Shown: positions 48,240 through 63,600 of the stretch, piece after piece
How the letters are laid out: the number at the start of each line of letters is the position of its first letter
How positions within the stretch are numbered: position 1 is the first letter of the stretch
Assembly: GCA_036172245.1 (NCBI GenBank)
Contig: JAYWIR010000015.1
Coordinates: 1,612,001-1,676,000 of the forward strand
Length of the DNA stretch: 64,000 nucleotides
From: Raillietiella orientalis
Taxonomy: Eukaryota
Direction: 5' to 3'
Made by a program: the position numbers and the translations under genes
Notes under the pieces: model-generated
Told to the model about the DNA's origin: nothing
Databases searched by the model: none
The model's input: the letters and a program-made list of their open reading frames with translations, nothing else

Positions 48240-51200
48240 CATTTAAGACTTGCAACTATACCATTCTTCCAATTGGCACCTTTTTTTCTTAACGACGAAT
48301 TACTAATCCTGTTAAACTTGAATTTCAAAGACACATCAAGCATAGCCTCATCACTGGAGCTGGAAGTACTGTGCCAGAAATATGGATCTTGACCATATCC
48401 TTTTACTAACCTACTACTATCTGACAGAGACTGAGAAGAAGAATGAGACATGGAAGCACCAAAATTATGACTTGTCCATTCATCTTCATCTATCTCACTG
48501 ATAACATCATCTTCAGCTATGGGATTGACACAGGTTTCATACTCAATACGTTCTGGGGTAAGACTGGGAGACTGAAACTACTCATAACCTATATTGTAAA
48601 CAAATACAAAATTCTCACCACGTTCTTAACTAATGCAGGAGTCGAAGAATCCATGACTTCCTTCGTTTTCTCTCGGTTAAAGGCAGCATTATTCCCATGA
48701 GCCAAACAATAGAAACGTCCCATTTGTGATAAGGAATCTCGGTCATAAAAATATCTTCCTAAATGCAAGAAGGTACCACAAAATGTGCACTTAAAGCAAG
48801 CTTTATGAAAGATTTTTCCTTCAGCAGTCATTTTTTCCACTAGGTAAACCTGCTTCGAACAAAAATAACACCTATCTGTGCAAACCGGAAGTTGGAAAGG
48901 CATACATTTAGCAGAATACTAAAGAACTTATGAATCTTGGGATATCACCTAAAAGACTTACGCTACGTTGAAGAGGAAGGACGCTTGCTGTTTCACAATT
49001 GGGAGATTTCAATTTTGAAGCAATTTGTGATGCCATAGTGGATACTTTATTGAATCCTGACTTCCCAACTTCTAAAACATTGCCTTCTCGAAGTTTGCGG
49101 TCCAAAATACGTATTTGGGTTTCAAATTCCTGTACATGTTGCTTGTTTGTAATTTCACCAGTCTTATCTTCGAAAGCTGCAAACTATGGTTGTTGTAATC
49201 ACAAAACATAGTGCTGAAGTTCCGTCAATATACCTTGTCTTTAAACTTTTCTCTATTCCACTTGGGAACAGTATTAAAAGGTTTGTCATGTTCCACCTTT
49301 TGCGTCAATTTCTGTTGCAGTTTTCTCACATTCCAATCACTAGGCTCAATTTTGCCTACAGGACGCGCAATATCCTTTGGTTTACTAGAAGAGCATTTAG
49401 CTTTGAGCTTCTCTTCCAGAAGTCGTACTTTCTCTGTTAGATTTTCTTTTTTCCACTTAGCTACAAACTGTGGTATAACAGGTTGACTGCAGCTTTTCTG
49501 GAAAAAAAGAACTCTGAATCAGCAATGGCACAAGAACTCCGCAATGACTGTTAAAACACAGCAAATTTGTTCAATCAGTGTGAATTGAGATTAGATTTGC
49601 ACAGCACACTGGCTTACAGAGCCAAAAATCTGAGCTTCTAACAGTTTTGTTCTATCTTCAAATCTGGATGTTAATTTACGATATAAGAACAAGGTATAAT
49701 CTTCAAAATCACTGTCTCTACTTTTCTTCAGAGGATGAACATCTAAAGCAGCACCGGTTTTCAAAGGTCTACGGCTATGTCTTGGGGATAACCAGCTGAC
49801 CTTGCTATGTTTTTTTTTCCTTGACTTGGAGAACGAACACGATACATTCAAGTTGAGGACAATAAAATCATATGTGCTACAACTCTTACAAGCTGCAACA
49901 TTCGCATTACCTGAATAGATTGAACTCTTTCTGCAATCTTTTTCCTTCTGTTGACATGATTTCCTGCATTTGCATCATTGAGAACTAGTTTTGTTGGAAC
50001 ACTTTCTTCTTCAAGCATGACATTCTTTGGCTATCCACAACAGAAAAGAATTACTTGTTTTCAATAAAAATATATTCTGATAATCTAAATATCACTTTAC
50101 ACATTTTTCTATAAAAAAACAAAAAATTTAGATATTCACCTCATCACATACTTTGTCATCAGCTAGAGTTTCTTTTTTAAGAATTTCATATAACCGCTGA
50201 AGATAAGCTAATACAGGTAATGAATCGTCTGCACTGACTTCAGTCATTTGTGATGCAGTCAAGGGCTGGGAGAGAATGGATCAAACAATACAAAAATGAA
50301 ACAATCTTACTGGGGAAATCCCAAATTCCTTCTGGATTATGTCAAAAGCCAGCTGATTATTAGCTACTGCATCTTTATGATCCAATGCAGCAAAGTCTAA
50401 CAAATGTGGTCGATATCGATGAACTAATGCACAAAGTACAAGTCCAGAATGTAAAGAAGATACCAAATCTGATGAGGCTATATCTGCATAATGCGAGACT
50501 TGCTTTTGCAACCATGCTGTTAACGAGTAAACGTAAATTCCATCACCAGTTTTGAAGGAACCTAACAATTCAGTGTTTTTATTTCCTATTTTTCTCATAA
50601 AAGCATACTTCTGCGTCTCTTTTTCTCAGGCAATTCTGCATATGTTAAAGAAATATCTATGTTCTCTGGATCATCAGTATCATACAAATCCTGAATTTGA
50701 AAGGGCAATAAAGTATGAGCGTTCAAATTAGGATATCTGTAAAAACCAGCTGTAAACTTTATTAATAAGTACAAAACCTACCTTGTTCTCGGGTCCAATG
50801 TGTAACTAGAGAATTCTTTACTGATATTTTCAGAAGTTGTCTGACCCAAAAGGCGATACAATGATTCCCTTTCAGCCACTGTTTGTAAAGGAGTATACAC
50901 ATTCTGGCACCAACGCTTCATCATCCAACAAGCATCCAGACAACTTAAAAACCCTCTAGCACACCCTGAACCAGTAGGCCAAAAAGGCTATAAAACAAAA
51001 TCAACTTTAAAGTGCGAGTGGTACTTTTATTTGTTTTCACCTCGAGTAAGCTATCTCCCACTAAAACCATAAGCAGTTTGTGTCCATTTCTTTCAAGTAT
51101 TCTACTGGCATTTTCGGCAGCATACATTGAAGTGAAATCAAACATAGCTACATCTGGTTGTCCATAATGATTAACAGCGAAATCTAAAGCAGGAAGCTGA

Positions 51201-54200
51201 AAATGTGTTGCATAATCAGCAGCTTCATGAGCATAATCCAGTAAATCTTTTTGACTTATGTTATCAGGAGTCAGTAATCTTGAGGTTTCCGAAAAATCCT
51301 GAGATCAACGTAATTTAAGTAAAGATTTCAAAAAAACTGGAAAAAAAAATTACATTTTTAAGAACTTTTTTGCTGAGCAAACTATGTTTTTTCGCTGTCA
51401 TCACAAAATAATGTGTTTCATCCTTATAGTAAACTATATTTTCTAAATCAATTCCTGTAGCTTCACTCATATCATTAAAAAACTTCTGGTTGAAAATAAA
51501 GGAAGTGCCACTAATTTCTTCCACTCTAGCTTCTGCTTCGGAATGGCGATGTATAAAATTTGCTGTAATAGCAATAGCTAATTTGCCTCGAAATTCTTTT
51601 CTCCTAAATCCTTGAAGCACAGGAAAAAAATTAAATGGTAACAAAAGAAACATTGATTTAAATATGAATTTTTTTTTAAAAAATGCAACTTATCATGCGT
51701 TTTTGTAAATTTCATCTAAAATACGAACAAAAAAGGGCATGCTTATATGAAATGAGGAACCTACATTACAAAAACAAAACAAATCTACCCAAATTTACCA
51801 AAAAAAGCTTAAAAGATAAGGATTCCCAAACAAAGCACAGAGAATAATAAAACCTTATCTAAAATCGCAATACCCCAAATTAAAGCAGTTGAAAAAATTG
51901 CCCATGTTCAGCAAAGCGATTACAATTTCACATATATATAAAAAAAACAAATCCGAAAGTCCTTTCAGTATTTTACAGAATAAAGTTTCAAAATGGAACA
52001 ACCAAGCAAACAAGTTACATGTAATGAACAGGAAGGCTGTCAAAGATATGCAAACTCGGTATTTAATCAATATTTAGAAACAACTGAAGAAAATGTCAAA
52101 ATGAGCTTTATTTTCTAACATTCTTAATTCATCCTCCAAAGTAACAGAAGTTTGAACACATTGGGGTTAAAACAGTATTGCTCTGAAATCATAGGGGGCC
52201 AAACCATGAACTTAGAACGTTATCAGATATCACAGCTACATGCCAAAAAAAAAAAAAAAAAGGAAACCGTAACATAAAAACGTGATTTGCATATCTTATA
52301 AAATCTGAACTCTTAATGATTCATGAAGAATGATACAGCTCCTTTATGTATTGCACAGTCTCTAAATAGTATTATCAAACAATAAAGATTCATTCTGTCA
52401 AAGATTTATGAAACTATCCATATAATCGTAAATTATCTATAAATGAGTACTTAATGCTACTATAGATCATTTTTTGGTAATTGAATTGTGGGAATAAATC
52501 AAGTACAGTTCCATCAGAGAACATGATAACAGATCAGTTGTTTCATGCTATTTGAACAAAAGTACTGATTAATTGTTAGGAGATAAATCAACAATAATAT
52601 ATGCCAAATAATCTTTGGAAGTTATTAAAATTATGCATACAACTAGCTGAATTTTTAAAATTTCTAAATAACACTGAATCAACGAATAATTGCAGTAGTA
52701 AACTTACATATGCACCTATAAATCTTTATCTTAGAACTTAAATGGCAATAATCAGAAGAATAATCGATGGTATCAAAAACATGCTTTCATGGCAGCTGTT
52801 TTTCAAATACGTGTTTTTCAAAGTATACAATAATAAATACATTTTATACAATAATAAATACAAATAAATACATAAATACATGAAAATATTAAGTAATTCC
52901 CAGGAAATACTATGTTTGTCATTCTAAAAGAATACACAATAAAGAATCAAAAAAGCATTTAGGTTTATAATTAATTTTTGGTTGTGAGTAAAGAATTGTG
53001 ACAAAACAAGAATATGAAACCAGAACTTTTTATGAATCGTATTTCAAAACATGATCAATGTGAAATTCATTTCTAGTTCTGAACACATTTCTAGGACAAT
53101 GGCTGAACATGTTTAGTACAAAGATAAAGAGTTAAACTGATACTGGGGAACAAGATGTAGCTTCAATGTCCACCTGCAACATTAAGGAGTAGAAGTAAAT
53201 CAAAATTAACGTTCACATGCAATCATTTTGGACTTCGTTTTCGCAAATCAAGATTTCGATCTAGAAATACAAGAACACAAAGATGCTATTCCTTTCAGGT
53301 GAAAAATTTCATGAAGAAAACTGGAAAAGAACAAAACCTCTACTCAGAAGAAATCAGTTTTGTTTTTCGAGTATGAATTTTATTATGATGCAAAATACTA
53401 CTAAAGTATCAAATTCAAACATAATTAGCATGAGTACGAATAAGAAACAAATCCTAAAATGCTACTAACAAAATATGCTATTTCTTATTTACCATTATTC
53501 AAATATTGGACACAACAGACTAAAATTTACTCAGAAATTTTATATCAAAGTACATAAATTTATAACTGAAAACTGCACTCTACTTTTATTCAACAATTAA
53601 AAAATTACAATCTCTTAATTCTTTGTTAAACACTGTTATTCACATCTAAATTCCGATACTTTGCTCTGACTACTGATACATGGATCCTCAAATCATACAA
53701 CACTGAAATCCAATCTTTAAAACTCCTCTTAGTTTTTTATGATAACAATACAACCTCTCAATTTTCTTTGTTCGCCTCCATTCAAATGTCCTATTCGCAT
53801 TCATTCAAAATTTTAGTAAAAACAAAAGAATGGAGATTCAAATAAAGTTACCATAAAGACAATGTACATCTAAAGGCTTGCCCTTGACTGGCTTTAGAAT
53901 AGAGTTTTAACACAAATTAACAAGATTATTTGTGATACAGTTCGCTAAAATGCACGACATTTTTATTTTCAATAGTGATCTTTTGTTGTAACAAGATGAA
54001 TTGACTGATGGATAACAATGTTTTCTGATTATAGACTCTAAAGTTTATCTGAAGCACTTTCTATGAAAACCTTATTACACATGTTGAAGGGCATGCTGTA
54101 TGCAAATTTTCCATAGAAAATAATTTTGTTCATGAATTCTGTTACAAAATAAAACAACCTTCAACTTATTGTTTTGATCACTCAAGCAACACTAATTCAT

Positions 54201-57200
54201 TTAATTAGTACAGTTTATGAGTTTCAAACATGAACTTAATTAAGCCAAATTTCATGAGTAAAAAAAACTATAAGTTATAAGCTTGAGTGAGGTAAACAAT
54301 GAGTACCATTATAAAAACATCTAAATAATAAATCCAAGTGAAACTTCGTAAATACACAAAAACAAGTTCCAATACTTGCAGACATTTAGAGTTCCAGCAG
54401 CAGTTGAATACTCATGAAATAACATGCTTGTGAAAATAAAACATGGGAAAAATTACAAAACCGAAATAACAGTTTACTTTATTTGGATAAAAACAAAAAC
54501 ATATCCAAGCACCTTCTAGAGTGTTCCTCTTGCCATCTGCTCCAACTATCATGTTGAACTCATATTCAGATATTTGATGAATGCTAGGTTCAACTACTGC
54601 TCTCCATCCATGTTCTGGAATGGATAAAGCTCATATTTCTTTCCAATATAAACAATTGTGTTAGTTCCCAGGAAATCATAATCCCAATACCTGAAGAAGG
54701 TGGTTGCAAAGATATGAAAGATACACTTTCATACACTTCAACTCCCAACAGCAAGGATATTTTGAGTAAAATACATTGCAACTGCCTAATACCTGAAAGT
54801 ATCAAGTATTAAAAATGTAGGAAAGACTAAGTATTTTTGCATAAAATCATGTTACGCAAAATAAAAACACAAAAAGTACGCCCAATATACAATGCAAAAA
54901 TTATTTCAAAACTTACTTATGTGATCTAAAGATCCAGCACAAAACTTCCCATAAAATTTTTTTGCACCTAAAGCTTTAAGATCTTCAATAACAAACTGCC
55001 AAAGATGAATGACGTTATTGCGAGAAAATCTATCTCTCTTTTCAATAAGGACCACTTTAGCTCCCAGAAACTGAGCTTCTATTGCAGCGCGTAAACCACA
55101 TGGTCCAGCACCAATTATCAACACCTGAAGATTATATTATATGTTCTTGAAGATTAAGTACATAACGAAAAATAAACAAAACAAAACAAATCTGAAACAT
55201 TTCTCCGCTTTGCTTCAGAAATAAAATAAATTTCTTACTGTACTGAGCCTACACTTTGAAAAACTTCATGAGACAGTATTAGGAGTAATGTTAGTTATAG
55301 TATTATGAGTAATGTTCTACATGGCACCATCTTTAGAAACATACAATAGTGGAAATTTCATCTTGATATATCCAAATTTTTTTGCAAATAGTATTAAGTG
55401 GTTTTTATTCTAAATACAGTCGACTTAATTAAGGAAAAAAAATAAATATAAAAAGAATATTGATGCAATAAAATAATTATGGATGTGAGTTCAGTTCGAT
55501 TAACCTAATGGGAATGCTACTAAAATATTCTTTAAGCTGATTCAACACTGCAGGTGACAAATGAAGAATTTCCCAGAAAGCATAGAGTTTAATAACAACT
55601 GATATGGCAGCTTGCATCATACAAAGTTGCAAATCCAAGCAATCCATCTATTGAATACCTAACATAAAGAATCTGAAACTAATGAAATAACTTGCATTTT
55701 CATGAATTACTGGAAAAAAAGGCCTTGTGTATGCTTTATACGTCAAGTTGCTGAAATTATTAAATGGAGCTCATATGAGAAACAGCAATAAATAATGTCA
55801 CTGAAGAGGAAATTTTGTACCAGATGCTAGAAAAAAAAAGCTAGGTAAGGATGGAAGCATAGGACAAAGCTTTCTAGTTCACTTTATGCACTTAGGTCAA
55901 GCATTCACTTGCTATTTAAAAAAGTATTACCAATCATTTCCAATAATGGCACAAAAGCTAAGCCAAGACATTCAAGAATGAATGGCTATTTTATAACAAC
56001 AATGTAAGATCGCAAGAACTTAGCATTACAAGAATTTATGAACAGTGAATAGAGCTCTTAAGATTTGTTACACAGAAATTCATGAGAAAAACTCTTTTGA
56101 TCACTCTTGGATTCTTTCAGCAAAGATCAAAAAAATGGCCTTATTGATTACATTAAATGTTGAGTATCATTAATATATTTAGATGAATTATGATGCAGAT
56201 GACATTAACCATTATGGATAGCACATGAAACAATTTGATATTCTATCAAAAAATGCATATGAAGCACTCTTTTTTAAGCAGCTGAAAATCTGAGGATAGG
56301 AGAATTCTACTAATCAGAATGATAGTGAAACAGAATCAACGTACTCTTTTCTCTTCTCTGTTAATAAACTCGTGCAGAAATGCTCCAAACACCTGTTTTT
56401 TAGAACATGCTCTTTTTGCTACCTCTCAGTATTAAAAATCAATAAAAGAAAAGAATTTCAAAATTAAAAGGGGTGATCCAGATAGAAATTTGAATCCAGA
56501 AAATCCAGCTTCCAACTATAATTAGCATACAGATGATAAACATGCAATAAAGCTGATTTTATACAACCACACTTTTTCCTTTAATTTATTGATGACTGAG
56601 TAATTCAATGTAAATATACAAAGCTGCATTCTCTTTATATATGCTAAAATTCATTAATTTTCACTACAATACACAAATAGCACATTAGCAGCATGAAGCA
56701 TTCATCTACATTTAATCATTTTATGACTCTAGAAGCCTAAAATAAAGCAACGTTTATTTTTAATTTTTTTTTGTATATTAAAAATAGATCAAATGCTGAA
56801 ATTTTTTCACACAATACATTTATTCGTCTTCTTTTCCTATACAAAGCACAAGATCAATGATTGCAAATTACTTTGGTTAAAACCATTTTTAACCAATCTT
56901 GACATCTAGGTAATTCTAACTTGCTTTGCTGTATTTCATGACTACATTGCTTTAAAATATAATCTACACTATCACTAAATCATATTGTTAAATTGCTGTT
57001 TACTATCCAACTTATTCCTACTTCACCATGTTCCTACTTACACTTATCACTAAATTGGTTTATTTTGCCATTACGTTTATAAAGCTTTTACCTAAATAAT
57101 TTAATATGCTAGCATTCTTTGGTATTAAATGTTTCAACTGACACAGAAGTATCCCATACTTGATCAAGAAGCATACACTATTAATGATGATAAAACAATA

Positions 57201-58839
57201 CATGCTGGAATAAGGCATTATTTATTTGATATTTTGAAAATAATCTCTGCAAGTCAATCAAGTGGATAACAAAAATTGGATTTTGTTATACTTGTGTTAA
57301 ACTAGATTGTACGAAAAATGAATTAAATTATGAGATCTTACCTTTAGATTGGATGCTGCTTGATTCTGTTCATAACAAACATGACTGGCTCTTCTGTCAA
57401 ATTTAGCCCAAAGTGCTTTGGCTTTCCATGAATGAATTGCTGACTAACATGAGATGTACATTAAATTTGAAAGTGTAACAATAAAAGGCAATATTAATAA
57501 GCATTTTTTTTTCACTATTGAGACTGCATAGTTAAAAAATGGGCAGATGTTGATTTAACAAGTAAGGATGCTACCACCCTAATGTGTGAATTATGAAAGT
57601 ACCTTATTCAACAATGAAATTGTATTTCAACTGTAAAAATTACAAAATTGCTCCTAAACTGTAAGAAACCATCACTAAATCAAATTAATCAAACCCACTT
57701 GCAGAAAGAGATATTCCTATGGCAAAACCTTAAAAAATGGTTGCAACTATAAAGCAATCTAAAAATCATAAGAGGAACCTTGAATGGGCACATATCAATA
57801 TAAAAAATGCATTTTTTTTAAAACTCAGTTCATTACATCAAATTAATCCAGAACAAATTGCTTAGCAAATAATACTTTAGTTAAATGCATTAACTTCCAT
57901 TAAATTTCTAGTGAGTCAGAACAATTGATGTGAACTACAAATAAATATCGGAAACATGGCATTTTTTTTGGATCAGCATGGAATGGAGCAAAGATTTTTC
58001 CCTGAAATTCTTAAACACCTTTAGAGGCAAGTCATTTATAATACATATATGTGCTCTTCAATACTATATTTTCCTTGATTCGGAATACCTAAAATCAATG
58101 TAAAAAATTTGAATATATTGAATTCTTTTTATTCAAACAACTTCATTTTTCAAATCTGGGATTTTTTTTTACCAAAACTTTGTGTTACCTGACACAAATT
58201 ACTTTATCTGCATCAGAATTTAGTTTGCAAAGAACTAAGCTACTTTATGCACCATTCTATTCAAAACTCAAAATCCAGTAGCAGCAGTGCTTTTAATCAC
58301 TTTTACTCATGTAATAAATGCACCATTCTTCACTTAAATTTGGTTATAATTTTAATTAACAAAGCAAAGTCAAGAATAAATTTTGTATATTTTTCATTCA
58401 AATTAAAAACTAGACAGGCACTTAAAGGAGTTATCATGAATACTAATAATTTTATCAAAAATGTTAAAGACTTTGGAAAGTAGTATTGTGGGAAATTATG
58501 GGAAATTATGAAATCCTGTGGACACAGTAAAAAAAAAATTTTGGGTGAAACTTAATACATACATACATACACACTTTTATGTTCAAAACTCCAAACAAGA
58601 CATTTTTTATTTACATAATATGGAACTCAGTTCATAAAGCTATGTTCTTAAACAAATATTACCTTCAAAATGGGATAAAATTCCGAAAAATATGTGGGTC
58701 TAACTTTCAAAACATCACAAAGATTTCTGTGATAGAAGAGAATTGCTCTAAAGGTCTGAGCATGAATAAATTTTTCAAAGATATCTGCAGCATAGGATGA
58801 GGCTGATGCTTCAATTTTTTTCTTATCTAATGATTTCAT
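45452..58839 (-). CDS. MICAL: MICAL [F-actin]-monooxygenase (MO, CH, LIM domains, long low-complexity linker, short C-terminal coiled coil)
   Basis: Exons include 58839-58663, 57443-57342, 55124-54917 ([16 protein letters not shown]...[14 protein letters not shown]), 54792-54691, 54614-54513 (GADGKRNTL), about 51611-50782 ([33 protein letters not shown]), the CH domain at about 50310-50530, the LIM domain at about 48610-48900 ([13 protein letters not shown]...FHKACFKC), TPERIEYE, a large exon at about 46021-48018, and small final exons ending at TGA 45452-45454. Confidence 0.92.
47011..47154 (-). repeat. Coding tandem repeat in MICAL, four units of 36-39 nt (SNQEYSVD[ED]H..N)
   Basis: The unit tcatcaacagagtatt(c/t)ttgattac recurs four times. 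Translation [48 protein letters not shown]. Confidence 0.9.
48182..48235 (-). repeat. T54 tract (minus strand) in a MICAL intron upstream of an acceptor
   Basis: 54 A residues on the + strand; on the minus strand the tract is followed by acgaacttccag|cag. Confidence 0.85.
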
Positions 58840-61800
58840 GGAGTTAAAAACAAGTTTAATAGTCTACACTTCAGCTGCTCACAACTGATATGTGAAATGT
58901 CTACTGATCACAGCCTAGAAAAATGAAAGAGAAGCACATTAGTTTCCATAAAACAAAATATTCATTAAATAAATAATTTTAATGATTCCTACTGCATCAA
59001 GTGCGAATTATCAATAATTGGAGACTTGAATGCATCTCTGCGCCATGCATTTCAACAGAAGGAAGCTGCTGACAAAGAGATGAATGAAAGGAACATAATT
59101 ATTGTTTACATATTAAAATTGATTGGAACGACTCAAAAATCCTTAACCTAAACACAAATGCCCTTCTATTGTTTACGATCTCGTCCATATTCGATCTTGA
59201 TTTTGAAAGCTATTAAGATTCAACAAGCCACAGCAACTTATGAATTTATCCGAAACCAAATGGAACACAGTTTACCACATCGGCAATTTTCGATACCTCT
59301 ATCCTTCCAACGTTCCGATTCACTTGAAATGTTACATATATACACACATCGTCATTCCTGCTTTCTACGTATGTCCATCAGAGCTCGTAATCTATGCGTG
59401 ACACACACATATATCAGCAGGAAGATCACACACGAAATTTATCAGCAGCTAATCGCCCCGTGACAATCGAGTATTACTACATACTTACGACGACCACCCT
59501 CGAAAGCTTTATGGTACTGCAACCGGGAAGTCTTTAACGTAACGGACACACAGGATGAGTTGAAAGGTCCATCATCCCCGACCGTGGAGCACAGGAAGAA
59601 AAATCCAGACGGGGTAAGACCCCCCCCCCCGATTTCCCAACCGATGGCCCCCCTGCACCACCCATCTGGGCCGTTCGAAAGCCTCGCTTTTCGCATTCAT
59701 CCACGGACGGAGGGAGGGGAAGGAACTCCCAAAATATGCCTTCAAACAACCAGTGGAAAAAAAAGGGGGGAGGGGGGGGGGGAGGATTCGGGAAATAAAG
59801 CCACGGACAAAGTGTTTGTTAACCGTTTTTCTTTAAGCATCCGAAATACATACTGATGCAAACGACTGCCTTTGTCATGTGGACTTTCAACACCTACCCA
59901 GCCGATTCGCAAGTCAAAACCTTCTGTCGTGGGGGAAAAAAAAAAAAAAAAAGTGTTTCTGGTGATGTTTTCGTTGCCAAAAAAAAAAAAAAAAGAAAGA
60001 AAACATGTAATAGATTCCTTATCCATAATTTGATAGGGCACTTTACGTAAATGACACGCATTTTTCGAGCAGCACGAACTGCAACGAATTCATCGAAGTG
60101 GCAATCATCCTGAGGGAAAAGCAACAGTTTCTGGAAAGGTTTAAGAAATGCATCACAATTGTGAGCCCAAATGCAACCGGGTAGAATGAACGAAACCAGG
60201 GATGGGCCACAGACAAGGGGACACGTTCAATTTTAGGATCATGCGTGTTCTCGAAAAGATCTTCTCGTGAGGAAACAAAAGAAAGCCGAGAAAAAACAAA
60301 GCTGCCTGTCGTCTCAATTTAGCTTAGTCGTTCCAGCCTGGAACGGGGAAAAGAAAGAATGGAAGCAGGAAGACCTCAGCCGAAGAGTGAACAGATGTAA
60401 GATTACTGAATGCTTAGAAAGTGGTGTAGCAAGCAGCGAAAATCGAGTGAATTGCCAAGAATTCGGCGGGAGCATTGCATCAACCCGGAAACGTTTCAAA
60501 GTGTGCTAAATGCTTGTGATGCTGTGTGATCTGCAGCGAGACAGTGGTGAGATGCTTACGAGGGGAACCAAACCTCGACACATCCAATCCACTTGCAATT
60601 AAAAGTCGTCTCTCAATTCAAAGGACTAACCGGAATTTCGCACGATGTAAACGAAATAAAGAGGATAAATGCATGTCGAAGACTTATTTCCTCATTTCCG
60701 ACTGCCATTTTTCAAAGGTTTCAGGCAAAAGTACTTTTGCTTTACTACCACCAACAGTTTCGTTTACGTTAAACCATACTAGAAATGCAAGCGGTACTAT
60801 CTTATATCTTTCTTGGCATAAATGTGTTGGAAAAATAGTTAAGAGGTAAACTATACTATGGAAATCCAATATTTTCATAGGATCACAAACGCATAATTCA
60901 ACTCTTCAGGACCCACAGGCTTGTTTTCGATGAAGGTCGCTCCCTCCTCCAACAACCAGCAGGAGAATATTGGAAGATATCCGCAATAATTGCTCCTCCT
61001 GCTTGGTAGAATCAGAATCTCTCCGTCAACTGTGGGTCTGTTTATCCAAGTACTTGTATTGCAGAATACGTCAATTTCTTTTTAAATTAAAAGCCACTCG
61101 CTTCCTCTGTGTACAAGGAAGAGCTGATCCTGAGAGGCATAATATAATCGGATACAAAAAAAGTGACTCCATTCCAAAGAGGACTCTGTGACTCGGAATC
61201 CTTGCTCGTTAATTGTGCAATTTTCTGATGCAAGAAAAATGCTGTCAGAAAATATTTTTATAGAAATTACAAGTTTTCTTAGCTTCCATTTTGTCGACTT
61301 CAAGAGGAGTCAACCAACTGCAATGTTTATATTCAACTGCTCCTATCTGACCATAGGCGTCCCTTCGCCATGTTTATATTTCTTCTGCTGAGTTTCTTAT
61401 TCTTGGAAGCTTCCACAATTGGAACCAAAATCATATTACTTTCAATTCTCTATTACATGATTTCTTGTAAGGAAAGCACATCTATCACCCTGAAGTTTTT
61501 TCCTAGCAGCTGGCTTATCAGACCGACACAGAACTATTGAACTTGGAAAGCTTTTTCCTTATCGTCTAAGGCAGTCATACTCAACCTTTTTTTCTTCTCG
61601 GGTCACGTACATAACTTTGCAACATTGCGTAGACTGTATACAGTACGTTATATGTCATAATACAATCATGTAGAAAAAGTCTATGCATTAGTATATTTTA
61701 ACTGATTCCACAAATTTTAACGCAACATATCTTTTTTCACGTTCATACATTTTATGCAGAAAAATCTGAAAAATGGATGGATGTAAACAAATACATTTTT

Positions 61801-62879
61801 AATTGTGGAGAGTTAAGCACACACTGTAGTCTTTCCGCGTACTAACACTTCAAATTACAAGGAGCGAAACTGTACACAACTACGTTATTGCACTCAATCA
61901 TTAAGCAAACAAACGACAGAGCCATATTGTGCTTGTGAGTGCCAGTCGCTCATGATAGACCTGCCCTTTCTAAAAACTATTACTGCCCTACTGTCAGAAG
62001 TTCTAAAAAATACCTATTGACTGCGAATGATATGGGCCGCGCCTATAGAAGCTTGGCAGGCACCTATAGAAGGGCCGTAGATGGAGTATCGCTGGTCCAA
62101 GGCATCAATGAAGGCAGAAATTATAATTCCTCGATGGAAATTTGGGAACATTTTGAGGGATATATCGGAAAATTCAAACTGACATTCAGTTTCCCTCATC
62201 TTTGGATGATATGGTGTTAACAACTATCAAGACAATCTATAATCTCATAAATTTCGACAGCAACGATTTCTCTAAATAAAAAGCGGTCGCCGCTTCGTGT
62301 TTCGAGTGATTTCATTTTCAATCAGCAATTATTAGCATTTCTTGGTTTCTGATTTACCCATTTCGTTGTGCTTTCACTCCAAATTATAAAGAACACAACG
62401 AAAGATTGTAACTCCTATTCAGCTGTGGACTGCCTGAGACACACGTGAGCCATACAGAGAACTCATGAAGTATTTTCGTGTAGCCCTCTTCCAGAGTTTT
62501 TTGAAATTCACTCGTCCTCAGACAAACAAGCGAACAATAACTTGCAATCTGGAAGGAAGGAAAATTCCTTTTAATTCATGCGTTGGGAATGAAGATTCCT
62601 GATGGAGGTCCCACTCACGAGGAGACTGAATGCACAAGAGGGAAGGATAATCAATAAATAATTTTCACAGACTCGTGATCTCAATAGAGGGGAAAAAAGA
62701 AATCGTTGATACGCTGGACATAATTTACGCCATAGCCGCCATTGGCCTTTTGGGATTTATAGTTTGAGCTCACCACACATTCACAGTAGGACTAGAATTT
62801 GACACACGAGCCCGCTTCACTCCAGCTACAGTAATCGCTATCCCCTAAGGAATCAAAATCTTCAGATGAATGGGAACCC

Positions 62880-63600
62880 TATCCAGATCTCTATTTTCCC
62901 ACATCATCATCCCCCTATTCTGAATCTTACGATTCCTCTTTCTATTCTCCATCGGAGGACTCACTGGAGTCACCCTAGCTAACTCATCCTTCACGATACA
63001 TACTACGTCGTAGTCCACTTCCATTACGTGCTATCTATGAGAGCCCTATCCACAATCATTGCCAGATCCATTCACTGATGCCCACTAATAACCGGACTAT
63101 GCCTCAATAACTCTTGACTCAATGTAGAATTCGTTTCAATATTTATTGGAGTGAACAGTAACACTCTTCCTACAACACTTCCTAGGACTAATGGGACTTC
63201 CTACGACACTACTCTGATTGCCCAGACATATATAGACTACGAAACATACTTTCATCCATGGGATGTCTCATTTCCACACTGTTTTTTCACATTCACCATC
63301 CTAGAAAGATTCATCAACAAACGATCAACCATCAATCACCTCGTATTGGCACACTCCCTAGAATGACTTCATAATTCACCCGCTGCAATCTGCTCATTCT
63401 CAGAACCACCATCCTCATTCTGATATGGCAGAATTAATGCACTGAACTTTACAACTCCACATATAACATTTAGTAACTCCTCCGCTCATATTCCAAAACT
63501 TTACTGCCCTCTTACAGAGCACCTCATCCTCCTTCACAACTGTATCATGACAATGCTGATTGTCGTCTGCCTAATATTCCTATGCAACACTTTCGCATAT
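62880..63600 (+). mobile_element. Possible highly decayed non-LTR retrotransposon (APE endonuclease end-like) remnant
   Basis: C/A-rich strand bias and the fragment PTTLPRTNGTSYDTTLI...WDVSFPHCFFTFTI, loosely resembling the PT..S.IDL....SDH..I end of LINE endonucleases. Many stops. Confidence 0.2.

Noticed and set aside
60955..61007. Imperfect hairpin ACCAGCAGGAG...CTCCTGCTTGGT (pre-miRNA-like)
   Set aside because: Large asymmetric bulges and no known miRNA recognised; unsupported without small RNA data.
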